A DNA stretch of 64,000 bases, taken from the IMG/VR virus record IMGVR_UViG_3300017977_000066, positions 32,001 to 96,000 of that record; one strand, 5' to 3'. This DNA comes from a virus. Made by a program: the position numbers and the translations under genes. Positions 17,918-27,488 of the stretch are shown in pieces. How positions within the stretch are numbered: the first letter of the stretch is position 1; the number at the start of each line of letters is the position of its first letter. Under the pieces are notes generated by a model. It searched no databases and was not told the DNA's origin. It was given only the letters and a program-made list of their open reading frames with translations.

Positions 17918-20056
17918 TTATTTATTATGTAACTTTTTTATTTTAGTTACTATCTTAATATTATCCAATAAGGCATCTATGGAGAAGTTCTTGATGATAC
18001 TAGGATCTATCTTCTCTTTCAGCGCTTGTATCCTATTAAACAGCTGTGAGCCTACCATGACATTAGTAGTTATCTTAAGTCTATTGCTAAGGGATTCTAT
18101 AGAGCTCTTTATCCTCTTCTGTTCCTCTACTTTCTTCTTATCTATCTTATCATCATTCTCATTAAGCAGTTCATTATCAACAACCATACTTAATACATTC
18201 TCAGTCTTGATACCATAGAGTTTCTTATTCTTACTATAAGATAGGAACCACATACTTAACAATGATGCTATGACCATATCATCATGCCCATTAGCAGCGT
18301 GATCTATCCTGTTGTTAACTATCCTTAACCCAGATAGCTGATTGATAAGCTCTGGATCATTAGTCTTATCAGCAGTATATCTTATCATAGATCTGAATAC
18401 ATTACCATATAGTAAACTCCTACTAGTCTCACCAGCACCTGAAGTAGCAAAACCAAATAGTTTCTTATATTTATTTAGTATCTCTATGGTTATAGATTTA
18501 GTCTTAACTGTATATGGTAATACTTCTTTATATTTTATAGTATCTTGTATAACCCAGTTAAATATCCTCTTAAATGGGTTCATACCTTTTATTAGCATGA
18601 TCCTGAACATATTATCCATGATAGCCATAGCAGATGATCTTCTCTCTGGTACTAGTATGCTATTAGGGAACTCCTCTAATAACTCTACTAGAAAATCTGC
18701 ATAAGTGGCTAGGTTGGTTTCATTAACATTAGCAGCCCCTACTATAGCACCTGTAGTAACATCTCTTATAGTAAGACCTATACCATCATTCTCACCTCCC
18801 AGCGCATCAGAAGTATCAAGTCCTATGATAATGAAGCCATGTTTCTTTAACTGGTTTAATTCTTTATTGTTAACATACCATTTTAAGACATATCCATATT
18901 TACTTATAAATGGATTAAATTCTGTTTTCTTAGAAGCTACTATAACTTCTAATAGTTTCTTAGGTATCGGACTAGAAGTATTACCAACCATCCATTTTAA
19001 TAAGAACTCATTCTCAGCACTCTCACCATCTACCATAGCGACTTCCATACGCTTCCTGATCCACTCATCTGGGAAACCTAGCTGTCTATGACTGAACTCC
19101 AATAACATAACTTTGAACTTACCACTATTCTTCCTAACTATCTCCATGATGGTATCTTCATCTTTTACATCATAATACTTCTCATTGAACCTTAGCGCTG
19201 AGTTATATACCTCATATGCAAAAGCTCCTTCTTCAGAGTTAAGTTTACCAGGAGTAGTAGCGAATGATGTGAAGTAAGCTTGGTTCTCTTCTTTAGCTTG
19301 TTCTCTAGCAGCTGTAGTAGAAGATAATAAAACAGGTAGTGTTATCTTTAGGTTGTATAGATAAGCTAACTCGTCTATGACCCATACAGGTTTAGTATCA
19401 CCTCTTCCTAGGTTATCAGCAGCCTTTTTATCTTTCTGTGCTACTACTAGTGTTATAGCATTATTAAGATTCTTAACTGTTATCCTTTCAGAGTTCTTAA
19501 GATCTTTTTTACCTAGTAATCTTAGAAAGCCTGGCAATGTTTCAAGTTGGTCTTTTATATCTAAAGAAGTCTTGATCCTTAGTTTATCATCTTTTGTTAA
19601 TACACCAGCATTGATATGGCTTGCTTTTATACCAGTAGTATAAGTTAGCATAGAAGTTAAGTTCAAACTTTTACCTGTCTGACGAGGTTGTATGAGATAA
19701 GATGTTATGTGATTTAGTGTTAGCCATATGTAAGCTATATTGGCTCTATTAGCTCTAAGCATGATAGGTGTGCTACCAGATGTTGGTGGTATCCTAAATA
19801 CCTCTCTAAAAAAATACCAAGGATTAAGGTAACACTCGACAGCTATAGCTTCCTGCTGTTCAGAAGTTAAGCCCTCACTATAGGGGTCTACACCTTGTAA
19901 CTCAGGATTTAGTAAAGATAACATAAATGCATGGTTCTCTACATTCATAGACTTTAGTAATCCAGCTACTCTTAGGAAGCTCTTGTTATTTGTTTTAGTG
20001 TCTATGATGGCACCAAAGTTCTCTTCCTTAACCCAGTCAGTTTTAAATAATATCAT
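17918..20056 (-). CDS. terL: Terminase large subunit
   Basis: NPWYFFRE, Walker A PRQTGKS, Walker B WVIDE, nuclease IGLDTS and HDDMVIA. Confidence 0.93.
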   Translation of the reverse strand: MILFKTDWVKEENFGAIIDTKTNNKSFLRVAGLLKSMNVENHAFMLSLLNPELQGVDPYSEGLTSEQQEAIAVECYLNPWYFFREVFRIPPTSGSTPIMLRANRANIAYIWLTLNHITSYLIQPRQTGKSLNLTSMLTYTTGIKASHINAGVLTKDDKLRIKTSLDIKDQLETLPGFLRLLGKKDLKNSERITVKNLNNAITLVVAQKDKKAADNLGRGDTKPVWVIDELAYLYNLKITLPVLLSSTTAAREQAKEENQAYFTSFATTPGKLNSEEGAFAYEVYNSALRFNEKYYDVKDEDTIMEIVRKNSGKFKVMLLEFSHRQLGFPDEWIRKRMEVAMVDGESAENEFLLKWMVGNTSSPIPKKLLEVIVASKKTEFNPFISKYGYVLKWYVNNKELNQLKKHGFIIIGLDTSDALGGENDGIGLTIRDVTTGAIVGAANVNETNLATYADFLVELLEEFPNSILVPERRSSAMAIMDNMFRIMLIKGMNPFKRIFNWVIQDTIKYKEVLPYTVKTKSITIEILNKYKKLFGFATSGAGETSRSLLYGNVFRSMIRYTADKTNDPELINQLSGLRIVNNRIDHAANGHDDMVIASLLSMWFLSYSKNKKLYGIKTENVLSMVVDNELLNENDDKIDKKKVEEQKRIKSSIESLSNRLKITTNVMVGSQLFNRIQALKEKIDPSIIKNFSIDALLDNIKIVTKIKKLHNK

Positions 20057-20172
20057 TAATATTCCTTATAACCTTCTTATCTCTAAGATGGCTTTTTATC
20101 ATGTTATATAAGGCTGCCATATACTTTATAAGCTACATAGGTTTAAATGAATATATTATTAAGGATGTAAGA

Positions 20173-21132
20173 ATGAATATTAATAAGAATAATGTGGAGT
20201 TAATATACATAACACCATTATGGGTAGCTGATATGGCTATAGGTGTTTGTTGGGATAAACAAAAGCCAGTATGTGATATTAAGAGGATGGATAGAATAGC
20301 TAATAAATTTAAACATAGAAGTACTATAGAACACATACACATTATATTTACTACGCACGACTACGCGATAGCTTCAGTATTTAGGGATAATAATTTCTCT
20401 ATAGCAACACCTACCAATGGCACATGGGTTATAACTACTAACATGAGAGCTTTGGGAGATATGAGATTTACGGATATAGATTATGAGGCATTACTACCAG
20501 AAGAGTATCTTTTTCTAGTAACTAACAAGCCATATGAAGTTATGGGACTTAACACCCCATCCCCTAGTATACATATCAAAGATAATTATGGTACTACTAT
20601 AAATTTACTTTCTGATAGTCACCATACCTATACAACAGCTTCTAAAGAAAATGCTTCTTTTAACTTCCATATAAAAGGATGTAGTAGGGCTGTTCTTCAA
20701 GAACTAGCTAGACATAGATCAGCTAACCTTAGTGTTAAGAGTAGTAGATACACACTTAATGAACTTAAGCACGAGAAGCAGTTTAAATTTCTATTCTTAA
20801 TAACTAAAGAACAGAAAGCTAGGGCTAACGAGTATTTAGTCTTTACTGGTCATGATGATGTTGATAGAGCAGCTATATTAGCATTAGAGAACCTAAGGCG
20901 ACTTGTTAATTCTGGTAAGAGCATAGATAAGATTAAGACAGCCATGCCTGAGGCTTATAGGACAGAATTAGTACTCTCTTTTACATACAGTGGGTTAGCT
21001 AACTTTTTACAGCTTAGATTAAACGATTCGGCTTGGTATCAGATACGATCATTAGCTAGACATATTACTACTATACTACCATTGCCTATATTAGAAGATA
21101 TGGGTAGAGATATAAAAATACCATTAGTATAA
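20173..21132 (+). CDS. thyX: FAD-dependent thymidylate synthase
   Basis: HRSTIEH, SRAVLQELARHR..LSVKSSRY, NFLQLR; start moved to 20173 because of AAGGA RBS. Confidence 0.9.
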   Translation: MNINKNNVELIYITPLWVADMAIGVCWDKQKPVCDIKRMDRIANKFKHRSTIEHIHIIFTTHDYAIASVFRDNNFSIATPTNGTWVITTNMRALGDMRFTDIDYEALLPEEYLFLVTNKPYEVMGLNTPSPSIHIKDNYGTTINLLSDSHHTYTTASKENASFNFHIKGCSRAVLQELARHRSANLSVKSSRYTLNELKHEKQFKFLFLITKEQKARANEYLVFTGHDDVDRAAILALENLRRLVNSGKSIDKIKTAMPEAYRTELVLSFTYSGLANFLQLRLNDSAWYQIRSLARHITTILPLPILEDMGRDIKIPLV

Positions 21133-21153
21133 TAGTAGATAAAAAACAGTGTA

Positions 21154-21290
21154 GTTAATTTTTATATAAAAGGGCGTAGCAGAGTAATACTACAAGAGTT
21201 GGCTAGACACATGTCTGGTAATTTTAGTGTTAAGAGTAGCAGGTATACATTAAAAAGAGCTTAAAGGAGAGTGGTCATTTAACATTAGAT
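21154..21290 (+). pseudogene. Degenerate second thyX fragment
   Basis: Translates NFYIKGRSRVILQELARHMSGNFSVKSSRYTLK, then a frameshift; no start codon. Confidence 0.8.
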
Positions 21291-21513
21291 TCAGTAGAGT
21301 CTAAGGGACTTTCTGATGTCCAGTTAGATAACATATCGCTAGTTATAAAAGCATGGTCTGAAAAAGCCATTAGATCTATATTTGTAGATGAAGTACTTAT
21401 AGGTAAGACTAGTTATGGTATTACTAAGGAATTAAGAAAACGTTTGCAGCTAGATAAGGTCGATCACACATATAGTCCTATCGACTATATAGGCTACATG
21501 GATGGTCATAGTC

Positions 21514-21551
21514 AGAGAAAGGATAGCTTAATACTATCCTTTCTCTTTTTT
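21514..21551. terminator. Terminator hairpin
   Basis: AGAGAAAGGATAG/CTATCCTTTCTCT plus T-tract. Confidence 0.7.
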
Positions 21552-22201
21552 TACTTAAAAATATTAGTTATATCATCAGCAGTAAAAGTATCTGGTAATG
21601 CTTTAAATGCATATATGGCTTTTCTAGCATCTAGAAAATCATTATTTACTATATAGTACTTAGTCTTAACTCTAAAAGCTTCTATCAATGAGTTAGATGC
21701 CCTTGTCTTGGTGTTAGATGCATCAGAAAGTTGTATGATAAGACTAGCCAAGTCATCCACACTAAGTCCTACTAATGTTGCTTCTGTAGATAGCTCATCT
21801 TTATAAGAAACATTATCAGCTTTATAAGCTTTTGCCATAGCTGCTTTTTGGCTATATCTATCTATCTGTAAAGTAGTAACATTCTGACCAGCTAGAAAGT
21901 TAAGTACTTCTTGTGTTTTAAAATCACACACATTCTGTAACTCTGTAAATAAAGCTAGTTTCTCCTCTGCCACATCTTCTTCATATTTAGCATTAGTTCT
22001 ATATTCATCAACAACTATAACATTATTAGCATCATACTTATAAAAAACTTCACTAGCATTTATACTAGTAGTAGGTAGATCTTCTTCAGCTACTATAATA
22101 AAACTATTATAATCATTATTGTTAACACCTATGAATAAATCCTCATTAGCTATGTTTATCTTAACTCTATAAAGAAGAGTATCTTTTACCCTAAAAACCA
22201 T
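21551..22201 (-). CDS. Probable tail fibre assembly/chaperone-like protein
   Basis: Y..K..MAKAY...EA..G.SVDDLA..I pattern; downstream of LamG-like gene. Confidence 0.5.
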   Translation of the reverse strand: MVFRVKDTLLYRVKINIANEDLFIGVNNNDYNSFIIVAEEDLPTTSINASEVFYKYDANNVIVVDEYRTNAKYEEDVAEEKLALFTELQNVCDFKTQEVLNFLAGQNVTTLQIDRYSQKAAMAKAYKADNVSYKDELSTEATLVGLSVDDLASLIIQLSDASNTKTRASNSLIEAFRVKTKYYIVNNDFLDARKAIYAFKALPDTFTADDITNIFK

Positions 22202-22211
22202 ATCATAATCC

Positions 22212-23015
22212 TTATTCGTTAGCTAATTGCCGAGCCTCGGCATCAGTTAAAGCTCTGTTAAATATATGTAGTACATCTATAGAACCAAACTTCCTATAAC
22301 CACTATCGGCACCCCACCCAAATATATTAAGGTCAGTATTTTTTATTATAGCATTACCAGGAGTCTGACTAGAATCTCTCTGGCTAAGAGTTTGTGGTTG
22401 ACCATCTACCCATATCTTATTGTTAGTATAATCTCCCTCATGCATCTCCATAACTAAGTGTATGAAATTATTTTGTGTTATGGGGTTATCTATACCATAA
22501 AGATCGCCATTAGCAGTATTAAAACCTAACTTACCACCAGTTAAGTATATGTCATATAGATCGAACCCAAGAGGCATAACCGATGATGTACCTGACCATT
22601 TAGCAAAAAAAGAGAATGTTATAACATCTTTATCGTAGTTAAGAGGTATAGATATATGTGAACTATTATTCCTAGACTTAACAGCTTGACCATGCACCCC
22701 ATTAACCCATCTTACTGCATCTGTTATAGTACCATCATAAATACCACCAACATCATTAGCATCTCCATCAAATAGGAATGTGGCTACACCACTACCATCC
22801 CCAAATGGATCTAGTGAGTCTGGTACTGGCATAATTCTGGTACCCAATTGACCTTGCCAAACATTCTTATCAGTAGTACCATCTATAGATAGAAATAACT
22901 CACCTGTAGTTATATTCTCCCATATAGTGCCTTCTGATAGGTTAGTTGTGGTAGTGGGATTATCGTCACTCTTAATAACACCTTTTATGTTTCTTAAGCT
23001 AAACTTATCCATCAC
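22212..23015 (-). CDS. LamG/concanavalin-like domain protein (fibre or adhesin)
   Basis: FDGDAND..G, KIWVDG, FGSIDVLHIFNRALTDAE. Confidence 0.8.
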   Translation of the reverse strand: MMDKFSLRNIKGVIKSDDNPTTTTNLSEGTIWENITTGELFLSIDGTTDKNVWQGQLGTRIMPVPDSLDPFGDGSGVATFLFDGDANDVGGIYDGTITDAVRWVNGVHGQAVKSRNNSSHISIPLNYDKDVITFSFFAKWSGTSSVMPLGFDLYDIYLTGGKLGFNTANGDLYGIDNPITQNNFIHLVMEMHEGDYTNNKIWVDGQPQTLSQRDSSQTPGNAIIKNTDLNIFGWGADSGYRKFGSIDVLHIFNRALTDAEARQLANE

Positions 23016-24223
23016 TTCAGACTCCTTATAAATACATATACTATATATGCTAATATATAGCTAGATACCAACCACTTAGTTTTTATCTTTGTATGTTTTA
23101 ATACTAATTTCTTAATTTCTTTTTTAACCTCTACTATATCCTCATTATTAACCTTACTACTGGAGAAGTAATACCTAACAGCAGTTATAGCTTTAGGTAT
23201 ATTCTCTCTCTTCTCTATATTCAGATTGATTTTAGATAGGTAGGTATAGCTTATCAGTAATACCTTCTCTACTATAGCTTCTACTTCTTTAACTTCTACC
23301 TTGTCTACATCAGATACATTCTTTAATATACTATGGAACTCATCGAACTTTATCTTGTTATAGAGACTTATAACTATGAGTATGGTATCCCTATCTATGA
23401 AGTCATTACTATTAGTAGCTATAGACTTCATGTTACCTATGATCTTATAGATGTTAATATCACTATCTTTGAGCTGTACTGTATTATTTTCGCCACCTAT
23501 AAAAGTAGCTTTATCTTGCTGTATGATATCATCATTTTCTATGACGTCTATTAGCATGCCGTAGATAACTTTTATCTGCTCTCTTATATTAGTCTGTATA
23601 TTAGACAATGCATCTAAACTATCTTTAGTGTTATAGCTCTTGATCCTACTATTAATAGGTACTGATTTATCTAAACACATATTAGTTCTATGTAAGAATA
23701 CATCTTGCCAGCTACCTAGTCGTTTTATTAAGAATTTATTACTTAGCTTATTATATACACTACTAGCTATGTGTTCAGGAACATAGTAGCTAAAATACCT
23801 AGTATGTAAAGAAGTGAACATCCTATACTGTATTATAAGACATACTTCAATCATACCAGCTTCTCTTTCATCTCTATTCAAAGATTTAGATATGCTATAG
23901 CTATGTGCTATATAAAGTAATGTCTGGTATATGATGTTACTACCTATGTTAAAGTTTTTCTCTACTCCTTTAACCCTATAGATCTCTTTCTGTAGATCTT
24001 CATAGTCGCTCATACCCAATGTCTCATTCATCAGCATGCCATCATCTCGCTTAGAGAACTTGATAGGATATACACCTAGTAGGTGCGAACCTAAGAAGTC
24101 TAGATAGTTATCATCTTTAGTACTCCAAGAGAGTCTGAAATTTTTTAATTTCTTAGTTAGTTTAATACTTGGTTCTATGCCATTTACATTCTTATTAAAA
24201 AACTTTTTAATATCGTTATACAT
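23012..24223 (-). CDS. Conserved phiKZ-like protein, probably virion
   Basis: FLGSHLLGVYPIKF and LSNKFLIKRLGSW motifs. Confidence 0.55.
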   Translation of the reverse strand: MYNDIKKFFNKNVNGIEPSIKLTKKLKNFRLSWSTKDDNYLDFLGSHLLGVYPIKFSKRDDGMLMNETLGMSDYEDLQKEIYRVKGVEKNFNIGSNIIYQTLLYIAHSYSISKSLNRDEREAGMIEVCLIIQYRMFTSLHTRYFSYYVPEHIASSVYNKLSNKFLIKRLGSWQDVFLHRTNMCLDKSVPINSRIKSYNTKDSLDALSNIQTNIREQIKVIYGMLIDVIENDDIIQQDKATFIGGENNTVQLKDSDINIYKIIGNMKSIATNSNDFIDRDTILIVISLYNKIKFDEFHSILKNVSDVDKVEVKEVEAIVEKVLLISYTYLSKINLNIEKRENIPKAITAVRYYFSSSKVNNEDIVEVKKEIKKLVLKHTKIKTKWLVSSYILAYIVYVFIRSLK

Positions 24224-24277
24224 GCTATTTCCTTATGTATCTTTATTCAATTTAGTTATTCATTTGTTTTATGACTT

Positions 24278-24318
24278 TATATTACTAATATGAGTCTAAG
24301 TCGTTAATGTCTTAGCTT
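24278..24318 (+). promoter_or_regulatory. Early promoter plus leader hairpin
   Basis: TATATTACTAATATG AGTCTAAG...CTTAGCTT. Confidence 0.75.
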
Positions 24319-24341
24319 AAATAATAATATAGGAGACAGGT

Positions 24342-24677
24342 ATGCAAGAGCATAAGATAGTCATAAACGACACAGAAGTAGTAGTACGTAATTTACAAAA
24401 CATAACAGGTGAGTTAGTATCGTCTCTATTATTTAGCATCAGTAATGAGCTAATATCTGATGTTGTTTATACTAGAAGTAAGAACGTCTTGAAGTTTAAA
24501 TTCGATATGAGTCTGGATGATAAGACTAAAGCAATTATTAAAAACATAGTTAGTGAAAAATTAAATGATTTCGCTACAAGCAAGGTAATGGTTCAAGTTG
24601 CATGTACTAAAACTACTAATGCATATACATTATCAGATGAGGAACGGAAGCAGTACAAGTTATTGATGAAGTCGTAA
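24342..24677 (+). CDS. Hypothetical early protein
   Basis: AGGAG RBS; TATATTAC at 24278. Confidence 0.75.
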   Translation: MQEHKIVINDTEVVVRNLQNITGELVSSLLFSISNELISDVVYTRSKNVLKFKFDMSLDDKTKAIIKNIVSEKLNDFATSKVMVQVACTKTTNAYTLSDEERKQYKLLMKS

Positions 24678-24693
24678 TATAAGGAAAGAAAAA

Positions 24694-26529
24694 ATGATAG
24701 AAACTAAAAATGGGAGTAGACTGACTTTTGATGACATAAAAAAAGATCTTTTAAAAGATAACATACGTATCATGGAGCCTAGTAAAGAGTTGTTAGGCAT
24801 GGCTAAAACTACCTATAAGTCCAGGATGCAACAAAGTATCCTAGCTAACAGATATAAAGATACTGAAGAGTTAGATAAGAACTTAAAATATACACTAGAT
24901 GATATACTAAGTAAAGAGTTTATAGAGCAACATCTTCCTATCATCAAGACCAGTACTGAGTTATTGGTAAATGCTATAAATGCTAATGAGCATATAGTAG
25001 TAGTAAGTGATTATGATGTAGATGGTGTCACAAGTGGTGCTATATTGTACTATTTATTCCATGATCTTTTCAAGTATGAGAATGTAGAATATATTATCAA
25101 CAAGAGAGATTTTGGTAACGGTATCAATAAGACCATCACTAAGAGACTTATCGAGTACAATAAAGTTAAGAAGATAGGGTTGTTCATAACTAGTGATGCT
25201 GGTAGTCATGATGAAGAGTCTTATAAGGTACTTAAAGAAGAGACAGACATGAAGATCATCGTTACAGATCACCACCTCTTCTCTGAAGATGAGTTCCCTA
25301 ATAGTGCAGATGCATTAGTTAACCCACAAAGATATGATAATGATTTTAAATATCTAACTGGTACACATATAGCATACTACACACTACTACATGCATACTT
25401 GACTATGCATGATGTTATAACAGAGGAAGCTAAAAAAGTTATCTACTATAAACTCTTATATGTAGGTATGACAGTCATATCTGATTGTATGGATCTTAAA
25501 CACTATATAAACAGAAAAGTTGTTAAATATATGCTAGTAGAACTTAATCGTAAAGATATAGAACATGATCCTTTCTGGGCTTATATTATTAAAGAGATAA
25601 GTAATGGATATCTTATAACAGAAACCACATTAAGCTATAATGTTATCTCTATGCTTAACTCTCCAGGTAGGATATCTAATCCTAGGATATCATTCGAGTT
25701 ATTAACATCTGGTAATGCTGATGTAGCTGAACAGTACCATAAAGATATCTCTGTTATCAATAATACTAGAAAAGATAAACAGAAGAAAGCTTTTAAATCT
25801 ACTAAGAAAGAAGAGTTCTCTGATGGTGCTATAAAGGTAATGGTTATTGATGACATAAATGGCATACAAGGCATCGTTGCTAATAATGTTATGTATGAAG
25901 ATAACTTTAAAGCTGTTATAGTTTTCAGTAAAGTAAGTTTACCTACTGGGGAAGTATATATAGGTTCTGGTAGATCTCAGGATGAAAACATTAATCTAAA
26001 AGAAATACTAGATGGTGTTAATGATGCTACTGATATCATGATCTCTTATGGTGGGCATGAGAAAGCAGTAGGAGTGAAGATACTTCCTGATCTTAAGAAG
26101 TTTTATACTACCTTTAAAGCAGAGGTAGATAAGCATGAGGTTAAGAAAATAGAATACACTGATGTAGAAGATTATATATTCAGTGTTAAGAAGATCATAA
26201 CTAATATGGCTGATATTGATAGCATGTCACCTTACGGCATAGGCTTCCCTTTACCAACGTTCGCAGGAGACTTCAGTATCGTATCGTATAGGATATACCA
26301 AAACAATGGTTATTACCTTAGCCTTAAAGTTAATGTTGGTACTAACGATACTGCTATCATGTCAGCATTCTACCATGTGAAGTCTAGTGAGATAGAAGAG
26401 TTCTCTGATGACTTAAAGTACCAAAAGAATATTAGGATGGTATTTACATTAGATGTAAATACTTTTAGAATGTATAATCGTATACAAATAAATGTTAAAG
26501 AGTTAATATTTAAAAAGGACAATAAATGA
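24694..26529 (+). CDS. recJ: RecJ-like DHH ssDNA exonuclease
   Basis: DYDVDG, TDHH, VNP, GSGRS, GGHEKAVG. Confidence 0.9.
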   Translation: MIETKNGSRLTFDDIKKDLLKDNIRIMEPSKELLGMAKTTYKSRMQQSILANRYKDTEELDKNLKYTLDDILSKEFIEQHLPIIKTSTELLVNAINANEHIVVVSDYDVDGVTSGAILYYLFHDLFKYENVEYIINKRDFGNGINKTITKRLIEYNKVKKIGLFITSDAGSHDEESYKVLKEETDMKIIVTDHHLFSEDEFPNSADALVNPQRYDNDFKYLTGTHIAYYTLLHAYLTMHDVITEEAKKVIYYKLLYVGMTVISDCMDLKHYINRKVVKYMLVELNRKDIEHDPFWAYIIKEISNGYLITETTLSYNVISMLNSPGRISNPRISFELLTSGNADVAEQYHKDISVINNTRKDKQKKAFKSTKKEEFSDGAIKVMVIDDINGIQGIVANNVMYEDNFKAVIVFSKVSLPTGEVYIGSGRSQDENINLKEILDGVNDATDIMISYGGHEKAVGVKILPDLKKFYTTFKAEVDKHEVKKIEYTDVEDYIFSVKKIITNMADIDSMSPYGIGFPLPTFAGDFSIVSYRIYQNNGYYLSLKVNVGTNDTAIMSAFYHVKSSEIEEFSDDLKYQKNIRMVFTLDVNTFRMYNRIQINVKELIFKKDNK

Positions 26530-26900
26530 AATTATCGGATATAGAAAATATTAGAGAGGTATTATTTAAAATAGATACTGAGCATGATTTTGCAGCTTAT
26601 GAGGAGCATAGTAGTGCCTCATTAGCCAACCACCTGTTATCATATGCTAACAAGGATACCATGGATGACATGTTTGATGAATTCGATGTGGAATATAAAG
26701 ATATGGTGCTACTATCCTTATTTACAGAAAGTGAGGTTATTTCAATATCGTTAGATGGTAAGATGGGTACCCTTAAGCTTTTTAATGGTAGCATCGTACT
26801 TAACATGGATGGTAAGACTACATTTATAGCTCTAACTAACAAAGATAGAACTAACTCTTTAATGGACGTTATTAATGATGTAGTAATTAAACTACATTAA
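26526..26900 (+). CDS. Hypothetical protein
   Basis: Overlapping, co-transcribed ORF with RBS. Confidence 0.7.
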   Translation: MKLSDIENIREVLFKIDTEHDFAAYEEHSSASLANHLLSYANKDTMDDMFDEFDVEYKDMVLLSLFTESEVISISLDGKMGTLKLFNGSIVLNMDGKTTFIALTNKDRTNSLMDVINDVVIKLH

Positions 26901-26927
26901 AAAAAAAGACAATAGGATTTTATATTC

Positions 26928-27179
26928 ATGTGTGATAATATTATTACAAAAGAAGATAGAAAAGAGTTCAAAAACCATATACGAAAGTTCGTTAGTTACC
27001 TTATAAACTATGAGGGGTTTAGAGCTGGTTCTATAGCTAGAGCCATAGGACAAAATAAAGCTTTTAATATAGCTAGTTTAGACTTTGGTTATAAGAAAGC
27101 CGTAGAGATTAAAAAAGCATATATAAACAATTATAATGCTTGGATAGATAAAGAGGAAAATAAATGTGGTATTTCGTAA
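26928..27179 (+). CDS. Hypothetical protein
   Basis: ORF in operon. Confidence 0.6.
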   Translation: MCDNIITKEDRKEFKNHIRKFVSYLINYEGFRAGSIARAIGQNKAFNIASLDFGYKKAVEIKKAYINNYNAWIDKEENKCGIS

Positions 27180-27430
27180 TAGGCGTGATAATAGCAGCTA
27201 TCTTGGTCTCTAAAGGTGTTAGAGATTTCAATGATGATACTAGGATGGGCTGGGTTAAGAGTGAGTTAACACTAGGATCGTTATTAACATTTCTAATGGA
27301 AACCAATATTATGTTATTAGTAGCTATTTTTATGTCCATAGCGATATGGCCTATAATAGTAGTACTTTACTTATTATATTGTTTAGCATTATTAGTTAAC
27401 AAGATTAAGCTTAAATATAAAAACAGATAG
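27164..27430 (+). CDS. Small multi-pass membrane protein
   Basis: Two to three hydrophobic segments, basic C-terminus. Confidence 0.65.
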   Translation: MWYFVIGVIIAAILVSKGVRDFNDDTRMGWVKSELTLGSLLTFLMETNIMLLVAIFMSIAIWPIIVVLYLLYCLALLVNKIKLKYKNR

Positions 27431-27488
27431 CGGGTATATACTCGTTGTCTCTTTTCTTTTTTTGAATATAAAAAAATAAGGACACATT

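Noticed and set aside
20330-20660. Intein or intron in thyX, RNAP, terminase or polymerase
   Set aside because: No C/S...HN intein ends and the reading frames are uninterrupted
21154-21290. thyX repeat as a DGR template/variable repeat pair
   Set aside because: Differences are not adenine-specific, are mostly synonymous, and there is no reverse transcriptase in the window
27164-27430. Holin call for the small membrane protein
   Set aside because: Early-operon context with no adjacent endolysin; hydrophobicity alone is insufficient
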